DNA of 64,000 nt from Candidatus Nanoarchaeia archaeon (GTDB lineage Archaea; Nanobdellota; Nanobdellia; SCGC-AAA011-G17; JAFCDX01), in assembly GCA_028716945.1 (NCBI GenBank), contig JAQUOT010000001.1:187927-251926 (forward strand), read 5' to 3'. The first letter of the stretch is position 1. Each line of letters begins with the position of its first letter. The notes below the pieces were generated by a model. That model was not told where the DNA came from, searched no databases, and was given only the letters and a program-made list of their open reading frames with translations. Position numbers and translations under genes: made by a program. Below are positions 25,845 through 35,955 of this stretch, piece after piece.

Positions 25845-27410
25845 ATGGCAAAAGAAATTCATTGGGCAGATTTAGCAGCAGAAAACTTAATTAAAATAAA
25901 AAATAAAGAAAGTTATGTCTGTGCATCCGGAATAACTCCTTCAGGAACCGTTCATTTCGGAAATTTTAGAGAAGTAATTACAACTGCTTTGATTATTAAA
26001 GCTTTAGAAGATAAAAGTAAAAAAGCTAAGTTCATTTATTCTTGGGATGATTATGATGTTTTTAGAAAAATCCCTAAAAATATGCCTAATCAAGAAATAC
26101 TACAAAAATATCTTAGACAACCTATAATAGATATTCCTGATACTTTTGGTTGTCATAAAAATTATGCTGAACATAATGAAAAAAAATTTGAAAATGATTT
26201 GCCTTTAGTAGGTATAAAACCTAAATTCATAAGCCAAGCTAAAATGTATAGAGAATGCAAATATGCTGAAGAAATTAAAACAGCTATGATTAACAGAAAA
26301 AAGATTGTTGTTATTTTAAATAAATACAGAGAAGAACCTTTAGAAGAAAATTGGTATCCTTTATCAATCTATTGCGAAAAATGTAATACTGATGACACAC
26401 AAATTACAGATTATGATGAAAAATATTCTGTTTCTTATGTTTGCAATGCTTGTAAATTTAAAGATACTTTTGATTTTAGGAAAAAAGGTATATCTAAATT
26501 AAGTTGGAGAGCAGATTGGCCAATGCGTTGGTATTATGAAAATGTTGACTTCGAACCTGGAGGAAAAGATCATTCTGTAGCAGGAGGTTCTTATTCAACT
26601 GCAAAAGAAATAGTAAAAGAAGTATGGAAAAAAGAAGCCCCATTTTATGTAATGTATGATTTTATAGGAATAAAAGGTATTGGAGGAAAAGTATCCAGTT
26701 CAAAAGGAAATGTAATAACCTTAGGTGAAGTCCTAGAGATATATGAACCGGAAATTACAAGATGGATATTTGCAGCATCAAGACCAAATGCAGAATTCTC
26801 CATATCTTTTGATTTAGATATCTTAAATGATTATGAAACTTTTGATAAATGCGAAAGAACTTATTTTGGAGAAGAAAAAATTGAAAATGAAGATAGACTA
26901 CAAAAAGAAAAAAGAATTTATGAATTATCCTGCATGGAAATTCCAAAGAAATTACCAATACAACCTTCATTCAGGCACTTAACAAATTTATTACAAATAC
27001 ACAATATGAATGAAAAAGAAGTTATAAAATCCTTTGAAAATGAAGTAAAAAATGAATTCGATAAAAAAAGAGTAAAAAACAGAACAATTTGTGCTAAAAA
27101 TTGGTTAGAAAAGTATGCTCCAGAAGAACTTAAATTTAAAGTCCAAGAAAATATTAATATAAAATTAGATAAGAAACAAAAAGATATTATAAAATCTTTA
27201 ATAAAAGTTTTAGAAAAGAAAAAATACAAAGAGCAGGATTTATTCAATGAATTTTATACTATAATCAATGAAAACAAAATAAAACCAGATGAATTTTTTA
27301 AATTAACTTATAATATTTTAATTAACAAAGAACGTGGTCCAAAACTAGCAACTTTAATCTTAGCAATAGGTCAAGAAAAAATCATTAACTTGCTTAAAAA
27401 GGTTTCTTAA
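25845..27410 (+). CDS. lysK: Lysyl-tRNA synthetase, class I
   Basis: 521 aa. SGITPSGTVHFGNFREV (HIGH-like region) and KVSSSKGN (KMSKS-like) are present. The length and layout fit class I LysRS. Confidence 0.85.
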   Translation: MAKEIHWADLAAENLIKIKNKESYVCASGITPSGTVHFGNFREVITTALIIKALEDKSKKAKFIYSWDDYDVFRKIPKNMPNQEILQKYLRQPIIDIPDTFGCHKNYAEHNEKKFENDLPLVGIKPKFISQAKMYRECKYAEEIKTAMINRKKIVVILNKYREEPLEENWYPLSIYCEKCNTDDTQITDYDEKYSVSYVCNACKFKDTFDFRKKGISKLSWRADWPMRWYYENVDFEPGGKDHSVAGGSYSTAKEIVKEVWKKEAPFYVMYDFIGIKGIGGKVSSSKGNVITLGEVLEIYEPEITRWIFAASRPNAEFSISFDLDILNDYETFDKCERTYFGEEKIENEDRLQKEKRIYELSCMEIPKKLPIQPSFRHLTNLLQIHNMNEKEVIKSFENEVKNEFDKKRVKNRTICAKNWLEKYAPEELKFKVQENINIKLDKKQKDIIKSLIKVLEKKKYKEQDLFNEFYTIINENKIKPDEFFKLTYNILINKERGPKLATLILAIGQEKIINLLKKVS

Positions 27411-27506
27411 GAATTTTAGTTGCAAAAGCTTTATAAATACTAAAAATCATTTAAACAGTAAATTAAGCCATTTAAAGGCAAAAAAACATAATAGGGAGGT
27501 AGAAAG

Positions 27507-27677
27507 ATGTCAGAATTACTTGTTGTTAGAGCAAAATTAAAAGATTACTGTAAAGGCATGAATGTTTCTGGAGAATTAGGAGAAGCATTAAGCAAGAAAG
27601 TTGAAAAAGTATTAGCTGATGCAGTAGAAAGAGCACAAGCTAATAAAAGAAAGACCGTAATGCCTTATGATTTATAA
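27507..27677 (+). CDS. Small conserved protein, tentatively DUF1931/histone-fold-like
   Basis: Hand-translated 56-aa ORF: MSELLVVRAKLKDYCKGMNVSGELGEALSKKVEKVLADAVERAQANKRKTVMPYDL. It is preceded by gggaggt 7 nt upstream. The family assignment is from memory of the ..AxxRAxxNxRKTVxxxDL ending. Confidence 0.5.
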   Translation: MSELLVVRAKLKDYCKGMNVSGELGEALSKKVEKVLADAVERAQANKRKTVMPYDL

Positions 27678-27754
27678 ATAATTTTTTGTTTTATTTTTTT
27701 ATTCTTTTTTTCATTAATCAAAAGATATAAATAGTTCTATAATTTTTATAAATT

Positions 27755-28144
27755 ATGTCTAAACAAAAGGGGAGTAGAGCAGAAAGAGAGCTTCTTCATA
27801 TGTTATTTGATGAATCTTTCCATGTGGTTCGTTCTGCAGGTTCGGGATCTATAGGATTACCAAATCCAGATTTAATAGCTGGAAGAGATGGAAGAATTCT
27901 AGCTATAGAATGTAAATCTCTCAAAAATACAAGTAAATACTTTAAAGAGCAAGAAATAAAAGAATTAAAACAATTTTCTAAGAAATTTGGTGCAGAAGCT
28001 TGGTTAGGAATAAGATTTGATAATATTGGTTGGTTTTTTATACATCCTGATAAATTAAACAAAACTAAATCTAATTATTATGCAATTTCATTAGAAGAAT
28101 TAAAAGAGAAAGGTTTAAATTTCAAGGAGCTAATCAAAAAGTAA
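27755..28144 (+). CDS. hjc: Holliday junction resolvase Hjc
   Basis: 129 aa. It has KGSRAERELLHML, VVRSAGSGS and PDLIAGRDGRILAIECKS, the archaeal Hjc nuclease motifs. Confidence 0.85.
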   Translation: MSKQKGSRAERELLHMLFDESFHVVRSAGSGSIGLPNPDLIAGRDGRILAIECKSLKNTSKYFKEQEIKELKQFSKKFGAEAWLGIRFDNIGWFFIHPDKLNKTKSNYYAISLEELKEKGLNFKELIKK

Positions 28145-28145
28145 G

Positions 28146-28532
28146 ATGGTAGATTTAACACAAAGAGGAATTAAGAATATTATAAGGTATTCTGGATTAA
28201 AAGACTTAAATTTACAAGAACAAACCATTCTAAAGAACATTGCTGAAACTGAATATGAAAGAATACATAGAATGTTATCTGGAAATGTTATGGATTTGTT
28301 ATTAAATGTTAAAGTTCATGAAAAAGGTGGAAAGAAAAAATATAGTGTTCATACCAAAATTGTTGGTGCTTCTGATGTAATAACTTCTGAAGCATTTGGA
28401 TGGGATATAAAAACCGTTACAAGAGATTCTATTATAAAATTAGGAAATAATATTAAAAAACAATTCAAAGAAGAAGGAAGAAAGTGGCCAAGAGGCATGA
28501 AAGAGTTAATAAGAAGATTTTGGAATAAATAA
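28146..28532 (+). CDS. Hypothetical protein
   Basis: 128-aa ORF tightly coupled to hjc with a 1-nt spacer. I recognise no family. A ribosome-hibernation-factor-like fold is only a guess. Confidence 0.55.
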   Translation: MVDLTQRGIKNIIRYSGLKDLNLQEQTILKNIAETEYERIHRMLSGNVMDLLLNVKVHEKGGKKKYSVHTKIVGASDVITSEAFGWDIKTVTRDSIIKLGNNIKKQFKEEGRKWPRGMKELIRRFWNK

Positions 28533-28533
28533 G

Positions 28534-28746
28534 ATGTGGAGTATAGACGCTTTATTAAATAGTATAGCAACTGATGCTGTTGAAGAAGGATCAAGAGACC
28601 ACTTTTATGATGAAGCAAGCAATAGAGAATTTATTCCTGAAAATCCAGAAAGATATAAAACAGATAAAAAGTCTAATCTTCCACCAATAAACTTTGATCT
28701 TGAACTTATTCGCGGCTCAGATGGGCATTTGTATTGGGTAGAATGA
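28534..28746 (+). CDS. Hypothetical small protein
   Basis: 70-aa ORF with a 1-nt spacer upstream and an ATGA stop/start overlap with the next gene. Confidence 0.5.
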   Translation: MWSIDALLNSIATDAVEEGSRDHFYDEASNREFIPENPERYKTDKKSNLPPINFDLELIRGSDGHLYWVE

Positions 28747-29744
28747 AAGAAGCTCTATTCTATAAAAAATTAAAGAATAAAATAGTTCAATGTCAATTAT
28801 GCCCTAATTTTTGTGTTTTAAAAGAAAATGAACCTGGAAAGTGCCTTGCTAGAAAGAATATTTCTGGAAAATTAATATCTTTGTCTTATGGAAAACCTAT
28901 TGCAATGAATATAGACCCAATTGAGAAAAAACCTTTCTTTCATTTTATGCCTGGAGAAAAAGTATTTTCTATTGGGACAGCGGGTTGTACATTTAAATGT
29001 TTAAACTGCCAAAATTTTGATATAAGTCAGATAAGTCCAGAAGATATTTCAACACAATTTGTTTCTCCAGAAGAAATAATTGATAAAGTTAAAAAATCTG
29101 GATGTAAAATTATTGCTTATACTTATTCTGAACCAACAACAATGTTTGAATATATGTTAGATATTTGTAAACTAGCAAAGAAAGAAAAAATAAAAAATGT
29201 TTTTGTAAGTAATGGATATATTAATGAAAAACCTTTACAAGAACTATGCAAATACATTGATACAGCAAATATCGATTTAAAATCAATAAATAATGAATTT
29301 TATGAGAAAATTTGCTCTGGAAAATTAGAACCAGTATTAAAAGCATTGAAAATATTACATAAAAATAAAGTTTGGATTGAAATTACAAATTTAATAATCC
29401 CAAGATTGAATGATTCTTCAAAAGACATTGAAAAATTGTGTAAATGGGTTAAAAATCTGGATAAAAACATTCCAATTCATTTTTCAAGATTCTTTCCAAT
29501 GTATAAATTATTAAATAAACCAGAAACCCCTAATAAAACACTTGAAAATGCTTATAAAATAGCAAAGAAACAAGGATTAAAGTATATTTACATTGGAAAC
29601 TTAGAAACCGATAAAGAAAATACCTATTGTCCTAAATGTAATTCATTATTGATAGAAAGAAATAGATACCAGATAATAAAAAATAATATAAAGGGAGATA
29701 AATGTTATAATTGTAATGCAAAAATACCAGGTGTTTTTAATTAG
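28743..29744 (+). CDS. AmmeMemoRadiSam system radical SAM enzyme
   Basis: Track ORF starts at 28734. I prefer the start at 28743 because of the ATGA overlap. It has CQLCPNFCVLKENEPGKC, IDPIEKKPFFHF and GTAGCTFKCLNCQN (CxxxCxxC-like cluster). Confidence 0.8.
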   Translation: MKEALFYKKLKNKIVQCQLCPNFCVLKENEPGKCLARKNISGKLISLSYGKPIAMNIDPIEKKPFFHFMPGEKVFSIGTAGCTFKCLNCQNFDISQISPEDISTQFVSPEEIIDKVKKSGCKIIAYTYSEPTTMFEYMLDICKLAKKEKIKNVFVSNGYINEKPLQELCKYIDTANIDLKSINNEFYEKICSGKLEPVLKALKILHKNKVWIEITNLIIPRLNDSSKDIEKLCKWVKNLDKNIPIHFSRFFPMYKLLNKPETPNKTLENAYKIAKKQGLKYIYIGNLETDKENTYCPKCNSLLIERNRYQIIKNNIKGDKCYNCNAKIPGVFN

Positions 29745-30855
29745 TATCTTTATAATTTTGTTTTCTAGTACAGTTCTTGCTGAATTAAGGATAAATGAAG
29801 TAGTATACAACCCTTTAGGAAAAGATAATTACAAGGAATTTGTAGAAATTTACTCTGATGAACCAATTAATCTAACAAATTGGACTATTTCAGATGGAGA
29901 TTCTGAAGATATTTTAAAAAAATTGAATGATATTGATTCAAATTACGCATTAATTGTAGAAACAGATTATATTTTAAACATTCCAGAAAATGTTGCTTTA
30001 TATTCTGCAGGTGCTTCAATAGGAAATGGTTTAAGTGAAGATGATAAAGTAACTTTATATGATTCATATAAAAAAGAAATTGCTTCAATGCAGATATTTA
30101 AAATAGATGAAGGATATTCTTTAGAATTTTTTGAAAATAATTATTATAAATCATTAAATTTAAATGGAACACCCGGTTCTGAAAATTCTATAAAAGAAAT
30201 TCCAAAAGAAGAACCAGAAGAAGAGATTGAAAATGAAAGTTCAGAAGAAGAAAAAGTTGATACAACAAATTTAGATCAAGAATCCACAATAGAAATAACA
30301 AAATATCCGGAAAAAATAGGATTTGGAGAAAATATCTCTATAGAAATTAATGTTTATAGAGGTTCTACAGCAAAATATGCAGTTTATTTTTATGTGGGTA
30401 AAGACAATAAAACTTTAATAACTAATAAAATTTCTGAGCATGCACGTATAAAATATATGAATTATACCTTTAATTTTACAATCCCTTTGAAATCTAATTG
30501 TAAAGATAAATATGAACCAGGAAAGTACTATATTTTTGTAGAAGGGCTTGAATTAAAAGAAAATAAAGAAATAGAGGTTTCTGAAGATACCCATTGTAAA
30601 ACCCTAGAAAATACCACTAATACCCCTTTAAAACAAGAATTAACGACAGAACAACAGATAGAAGAAGATATTCAAACCAAAACAGAAAGTAATATAAATA
30701 CCAATCCTGAAAAAGTTACTGGAAATGTTATTTATGAGTCTTCGGATTTTAAAGCCAAGAGATTATCAATATATTTCCTATGTGTAATACTAATATTACT
30801 TGTAATATTTTTATTTGCGAGAAAAAATGAAACTAAAGATCAAAGCAATAATTGA
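29716..30855 (+). CDS. Lamin-tail-domain (LTD) surface protein with C-terminal TM anchor
   Basis: 379 aa. The order is signal peptide, LRINEVVYNPLGKDNYKEFVEIYSDEPINLTNWTISDG (LTD-like), then C-terminal KVTGNVIYESS followed by the TM segment LSIYFLCVILILLVIFLF. Confidence 0.6.
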   Translation: MQKYQVFLISIFIILFSSTVLAELRINEVVYNPLGKDNYKEFVEIYSDEPINLTNWTISDGDSEDILKKLNDIDSNYALIVETDYILNIPENVALYSAGASIGNGLSEDDKVTLYDSYKKEIASMQIFKIDEGYSLEFFENNYYKSLNLNGTPGSENSIKEIPKEEPEEEIENESSEEEKVDTTNLDQESTIEITKYPEKIGFGENISIEINVYRGSTAKYAVYFYVGKDNKTLITNKISEHARIKYMNYTFNFTIPLKSNCKDKYEPGKYYIFVEGLELKENKEIEVSEDTHCKTLENTTNTPLKQELTTEQQIEEDIQTKTESNINTNPEKVTGNVIYESSDFKAKRLSIYFLCVILILLVIFLFARKNETKDQSNN

Positions 30856-31228
30856 AATAGCAGGTTTTCCAGAGGAACACATAAAAAAAGTAATGAATGA
30901 AGTAATGGAAAACTTGGAAAAAGAAAAAGGAATACAAGTTATCACAAAAGATGTAGCAGAAGTAAAAAAAGTACAAGAGACATTATGGAGTACTTTTGCT
31001 GATCTTGAATTACAATTAGATGATATGGAAGTGTTAACAAATTTTTGCTTTAATTATATGCCTTCATCTGTAGAAATAATAGAACCATTAAAACTTGATG
31101 GAGAAATAAAACCTATAGAAAATATGATAAATGATTTGTTAGCTAGATTACATAATTTTACTATGTATTTAAAGAATTTACAAGCAGAAAATATTTTACT
31201 TAAAAAACAATTAGAAGAAAGAAAATAA
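30815..31228 (+). CDS. Hypothetical cytoplasmic protein
   Basis: 137-aa ORF. The start could be the Met at 30827. I recognise no family. Confidence 0.5.
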   Translation: MREKMKLKIKAIIEIAGFPEEHIKKVMNEVMENLEKEKGIQVITKDVAEVKKVQETLWSTFADLELQLDDMEVLTNFCFNYMPSSVEIIEPLKLDGEIKPIENMINDLLARLHNFTMYLKNLQAENILLKKQLEERK

Positions 31229-32527
31229 AGATTTTTTCTGTTTTTTTGCCTTTCTTGCTTTATAATAAATTATGAAAGAAACTGCTACAACAAAAAATAT
31301 CCCTAAGAGAGCTAATACTCTTCCAGTATTTAGTTGAGTTTCAGTTTTATAAGAGATTTCTGATTTATTTGCAAAAATATCTTCATTTTTGGGTATAATT
31401 GTAGTTTTATTGGTTGTTCCTTCTGGTTCTTTGTAAAAATAAACATAAACCGGAATCTGTAATTTTGTATTTTCATATTCTAAAATTATAGCCCCTTCAT
31501 AATTTCTATATAAAGATTTGTCTTCATTTATCCGAACATATTGCTTTTTAATTTCTCCAGGAATTATAACATCAAAATTAGAAGTGTTTAATTTAACTAT
31601 ATCTTGTAAATTTCCTGTCACATAAAATTTAATATTTGTAATATTTTTTGTAAAAGTATTTTTAAATCTTAGTTCTCCTCTTCTTGTTTCTTCTTTAGCC
31701 AAACTAAAATTTATTTTACTTATAGAATCTACAAATTGTATTGCATTCTCCGGAGTTTTTTCTATTAAAAAAGTGTTTGTAAAATTAATTACTGGTTTGA
31801 TTATAGCTGTTATTATATTTGTTTTGTTGGCGGGAATAGTTATATTGCTCTTAACTGGAATAATTGTTTTATTAACAACCACTATTTCTTTCTTTGTTGT
31901 TAATATTGGAAGATTATATTCTTTATTATTATATTTTATGTTTAATGTTTTATATCCTGGTTCTGTAAAAGAAACAGATACTTGTTTTAACATCCCTGAA
32001 TTTAAAATAAAATTATTATAATTTAAGGTTCCATTTCCTTCTTTAAATTGCAAAGTAATGTTGGTTGAATTTTTTCCATTGTTTTTTATATTTAAATTAA
32101 AACTAGTTGAACTGTCTAAATTTAAATTTAATGCAGCCGGTTCTATAGAGATTATAGGCTCTTCTCTGAATTTTAAATTAAAATTTATTGCTTCCGTAGA
32201 AGATTTTAAAAGTCCATTTTCTAAATAGGTATATTCTCTTAATTTAAACTTGTATGAAGGAGCATCAAAGGTATTTGGTATTTTAAAATATATATAATAC
32301 AGGTTTGGAGTAAATTTTACTATATAGAAAGGGGCTGCAATATTTCTATCTTCATTGTCATATAAACTTAAATCAGAAACTCCAATAGAAGAGGAGGGAG
32401 CATTTTCAAACTGCAATTTAATTAAAACAGTTTCGTCTGTAGAATAAATATTTCGTTCTATGTTTATTGCAGAATTTACTAATGGAAACATAAATACGAA
32501 TAATACCAGAATAATAAATTTTTTCAT
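31211..32527 (-). CDS. Secreted beta-rich surface protein with C-terminal TM anchor, hypothetical
   Basis: 438 aa. It has the signal peptide MKKFIILVLFVFMFPLVNSA, many NxT/S sequons, and the C-terminal TM segment VLALLGIFFVVAVSFIIYY followed by a basic tail. Confidence 0.7.
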   Translation of the reverse strand: MKKFIILVLFVFMFPLVNSAINIERNIYSTDETVLIKLQFENAPSSSIGVSDLSLYDNEDRNIAAPFYIVKFTPNLYYIYFKIPNTFDAPSYKFKLREYTYLENGLLKSSTEAINFNLKFREEPIISIEPAALNLNLDSSTSFNLNIKNNGKNSTNITLQFKEGNGTLNYNNFILNSGMLKQVSVSFTEPGYKTLNIKYNNKEYNLPILTTKKEIVVVNKTIIPVKSNITIPANKTNIITAIIKPVINFTNTFLIEKTPENAIQFVDSISKINFSLAKEETRRGELRFKNTFTKNITNIKFYVTGNLQDIVKLNTSNFDVIIPGEIKKQYVRINEDKSLYRNYEGAIILEYENTKLQIPVYVYFYKEPEGTTNKTTIIPKNEDIFANKSEISYKTETQLNTGRVLALLGIFFVVAVSFIIYYKARKAKKQKKSLFSFF

Positions 32528-32532
32528 AATTA

Positions 32533-34485
32533 TTACTTGCCTAATAATTTTTTTGCTTCTGCTAATGATTTTTCTAATTCATCATCTACGCTTTTTTCTC
32601 TAGCAGATTTTTTTGGTGCAGCTTGTGTAGAGAAAGCAGGTAGTTGCCTTGCAGGCATTTGTTTTGGTCTTATTAATTCTGCACTGGGTCTAGGTCTTGT
32701 TGATAAATATTCCTCAAAACTTGGTTTCTTTTTTTTACCAAATTTAGCACCTAAATCTCCTGTAAAATCTTTAAAAGTTTTTCCTTTTTTAACATAATTT
32801 AAATAATAATAAGCTAAAAACATTAATAAAATTATCGCAATAATTATAATAATTATCCAAGGCCATATGCTTCCTTCTTCTGTAGTTGTTGTAGTTTCTT
32901 TTTCTATACAATCGCAACCAATACACTCGTATCCATCATCACAATCATAATCTGTAATACAATCATCACTAGAAGTACACTCTTCGGTTATGTCTGTAGA
33001 TAATTCACAACTACAACCAGCACTACACTCATATCCAACATCGCAACTACCTTCTTCACAAGCATCTCCAGCACTTAAAGAACATTCTCCCGTAGGTTCT
33101 GTTATAGTGGTTGTTCCACAAGTACAAGTTCTAAAATCACAAGTTCCAGTTTCACAAGCTAAATTAGGACCACACTCTACTGAATAATCATTACATAAAC
33201 AAGCATTATCATTTGAACAATCATTATCATAACAATCAACAAAAGTATCATTATCATTATCTATATTATCATTACAAACAGTTTCTATAGAGAGAGTAGC
33301 ATTTCCTCCTGTCTCTTCATTAGTTACTTCTTCTATATCTTCTTCACTTAAAGTAATAGAACTTTCTTTAAATCCTCCTGACAAAGCTATCAAAGCGGAG
33401 GCAGTATCTAAAATTTTATCATTCCAATTATGTTTTTTATTATTATATTTTAGAGTTAACCATTTTGTAGCATTTATGTAAGAGTCTGCATCATCTGGGG
33501 ATTGTATCATAGCTATTGCCCCAATCGAAGTAATATATACATCATCTAACCAAGAACCAGAAGATTTCTGATGTTCTTTCAACCAGTTAGAATAATAATC
33601 ACTTTCTGGAGTTACTAAATATAATAAAGATCTATGTAATGCATTTGTATCTTTATTTTCTTCTAGATAAGGTAAAGTGTTTACTTCTTCTCCGGCAATT
33701 GCTTTTAAAGCCCAAGTAGCATATAAAGTACTTTCATAATCACAAGTTCCTACTCCAGAAGCTATTGCAAAGCAAGCATTTTCTATTGTTAAAGTTGTTT
33801 TTTGTGTTTGTTCATCATGTAACAAATAATCTTCTGTAAAACCCGGTCTAACAATATGATATAATAAAGTAACACGTAAAGATTGATCTCCAACATTTAC
33901 ACAATCTATATCATATTTTTTAAATTTTTTATTCCCTATGGGCCCACATAAACTATCTGCATTTATCCAAGGTTTTGTTGGTCCAACTTCTACAGGTTTT
34001 GCAACAGTAGAACCTTCACAAGTTATTTGACAAGTACCATCTACACTAGAAGTAAATTGTATAATCCAACTACCGGCGGTTGCACCAGAAGCTATTTCCA
34101 TATTTTTAAGCCAGGTTGCAGTTTTATTAATATCTTGACCAGTTTTACCTAAAGCCAACAAAGCCAAAGCAGTATCTTTAACCTTACAAGAAGTTTTTGG
34201 AAAACATCCTCTTACCGAACTTTTATTTAATAATTTTAAAATACCTTGTTTAACCTCCGAATTATACTCTCCAAAGTTATTTATAGCCAATAACGAAAAT
34301 GTTAATTCAGGTATAGGTTTATTCCAAGAAGCATTTTTCATAGAATTTAATAACCAAGCATTCGCAACAGTATAATCTGTAATAGTTCCTTCTTCTGTAG
34401 CATTATCTATATCTTCTGCAAGGCATATAAAACTAGATATTATAAGTAAACTGGCTATTAAACACGTTAATCTTGGTAAACTCAT
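32533..34485 (-). CDS. Surface protein with prenyltransferase/terpenoid-cyclase-like alpha-alpha repeats, a Cys/Asp-rich stalk, TM anchor and cytoplasmic tail
   Basis: Track ORF runs to 34542. The start MSLPRLTCLIASLLIISSFICLA (34485) gives a signal peptide and leaves room for the divergent promoter. It has repeated WL.N/ALALLAL-type helices, the motif CNDNIDNDNDTFVDCYDNDCSNDNAC, and the TM segment PWIIIIIIAIILLMFLAYYY. Confidence 0.65.
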   Translation of the reverse strand: MSLPRLTCLIASLLIISSFICLAEDIDNATEEGTITDYTVANAWLLNSMKNASWNKPIPELTFSLLAINNFGEYNSEVKQGILKLLNKSSVRGCFPKTSCKVKDTALALLALGKTGQDINKTATWLKNMEIASGATAGSWIIQFTSSVDGTCQITCEGSTVAKPVEVGPTKPWINADSLCGPIGNKKFKKYDIDCVNVGDQSLRVTLLYHIVRPGFTEDYLLHDEQTQKTTLTIENACFAIASGVGTCDYESTLYATWALKAIAGEEVNTLPYLEENKDTNALHRSLLYLVTPESDYYSNWLKEHQKSSGSWLDDVYITSIGAIAMIQSPDDADSYINATKWLTLKYNNKKHNWNDKILDTASALIALSGGFKESSITLSEEDIEEVTNEETGGNATLSIETVCNDNIDNDNDTFVDCYDNDCSNDNACLCNDYSVECGPNLACETGTCDFRTCTCGTTTITEPTGECSLSAGDACEEGSCDVGYECSAGCSCELSTDITEECTSSDDCITDYDCDDGYECIGCDCIEKETTTTTEEGSIWPWIIIIIIAIILLMFLAYYYLNYVKKGKTFKDFTGDLGAKFGKKKKPSFEEYLSTRPRPSAELIRPKQMPARQLPAFSTQAAPKKSAREKSVDDELEKSLAEAKKLLGK

Positions 34486-34546
34486 CAAAGCACCTCTAAA
34501 ATAGTTTAATAGTAATATATTTAAAAAACTTTCTATTAGCATTTAT

Positions 34547-35164
34547 ATGATTTTTAAGGAAATAAAGGCATTAAAAGTCAAAAACATCGAATATTTAGCT
34601 CAAGGAAAGAGATCTATAATATATACTGGAATTTTTAGAAATAAAAAAGTTGCAATTAAAACTGAAAAACCAGGAATAAGCGCTAAAGATAGAATTTTAA
34701 ATGAAGCTAAATTTCTTAAAATAATTAACAAATATAAAATTGGACCAAGATTAATCACTTCTAGAAAAAAATTTATGATCTATGAGTTTGTAAAAGGAAG
34801 ATTTATTCTTGATTCTTTTCCTGAAAAGAGTAAAAAAGAGATTTTAAAACTAATTAAAAACGTTTTAGAGCAATGTTTTATTTTAGATAAATTAAAAATT
34901 AATAAACTTGAAATGCATCATCCCATAAAACACATAATCATCGATAAAAAACCTGTTTTAATAGACTTTGAAAGAAGTTATTTAACAAATAATCCAAAAA
35001 ATGTAACTCAATTCTGCCAGTTTATTATGTCTCATCCTTTGATTGACATTTTAAATAATAAAAAAATAAAAATTGATAGAAATAATTTCATAAATATTGT
35101 AAAAGAATATAAAAGAGATAAAACTAAAAATAATTTAAAAAAAATAAAAAAAGAAATAAATTAA
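34547..35164 (+). CDS. Small atypical protein kinase (Bud32/RIO-like)
   Basis: 205 aa. It has GKRSIIYTG..KKVAIK (Gly-loop plus Lys), EAKFLK and PVLIDFERS (DFG-like). The size fits a minimal kinase fold. Confidence 0.45.
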   Translation: MIFKEIKALKVKNIEYLAQGKRSIIYTGIFRNKKVAIKTEKPGISAKDRILNEAKFLKIINKYKIGPRLITSRKKFMIYEFVKGRFILDSFPEKSKKEILKLIKNVLEQCFILDKLKINKLEMHHPIKHIIIDKKPVLIDFERSYLTNNPKNVTQFCQFIMSHPLIDILNNKKIKIDRNNFINIVKEYKRDKTKNNLKKIKKEIN

Positions 35165-35895
35165 ATTAATCTACATGGCCTATTGCTTCTGTAAAACTGT
35201 CCTTGTGCATTTACACAAACATATGCATTACCGCCATTTGGTTTAGCCAAACTAGTAACTTTTAAACTATTGGTTTCACAAGTATTATCTGCATTACAAG
35301 AATTTGCTCTTACTTCTTCCAAAGTTTCTATATTTGTTGCACCTAACAAACCTTTAATTCCTGAAACGGCTGCATAAACTTCTTCATAAGTTATTAAAGC
35401 GTCCTTATTTGTATCTACAGAATTACAAAAGTCTGAACTAAATCCATACCCAATACAATCCTCTATTGAAATAGATTTTGTATAAGTATTAGAAACTTGT
35501 CCGAGAAGATTATTTGCTGCAGATAAATCAGGAATTTCTAATATTCCGTTTCCATCTGAATCATACAAAGTAATTCCAGCTATCTTACTTTTAATATAGT
35601 CATAAGCATATTGTGCTTCGGCAACAGTAATGTGATTATCATTATTTATATCTACCGAATTACAAAAGTTTAGACTTCTTTTTTCTGCACAATTATTAAC
35701 TAAAATAAATTGTACATTGGTATTATAAACCTGTCCAAGAAGACTAGTTGCTACACTTAAATCTGGAATTTCTAATATTCCGTTTCCATCTGAATCAAAT
35801 GGAACTGCTACTGCTTTTCCAGTATAACTAGCACCTATAATAAAAAGTGCTACCAATACTAAAACAATCGATAAGATTATAGTATTTCTTTCCAA
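35161..35895 (-). CDS. Secreted protein with two dockerin/EF-hand-like Ca-binding repeat pairs
   Basis: 244 aa. DSDGNGILEIPDLS occurs twice, each time followed by VD(I/T)N(N/K)D..IT..E. The internal duplication has a 234-nt period. Confidence 0.6.
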   Translation of the reverse strand: MERNTIILSIVLVLVALFIIGASYTGKAVAVPFDSDGNGILEIPDLSVATSLLGQVYNTNVQFILVNNCAEKRSLNFCNSVDINNDNHITVAEAQYAYDYIKSKIAGITLYDSDGNGILEIPDLSAANNLLGQVSNTYTKSISIEDCIGYGFSSDFCNSVDTNKDALITYEEVYAAVSGIKGLLGATNIETLEEVRANSCNADNTCETNSLKVTSLAKPNGGNAYVCVNAQGQFYRSNRPCRLI

Positions 35896-35955
35896 AATTT
35901 TTCACCTCCTTTTAAATTTAATATTAAGTATTGATACATTTTACTATATAAATGT

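Noticed and set aside
32533-34542. Full-length 669-aa model starting at 34542.
   Set aside because: The first 19 residues precede a clear signal peptide beginning at the Met at 34485. They would also leave only 4 nt for the divergent promoter of the kinase-like gene at 34547.
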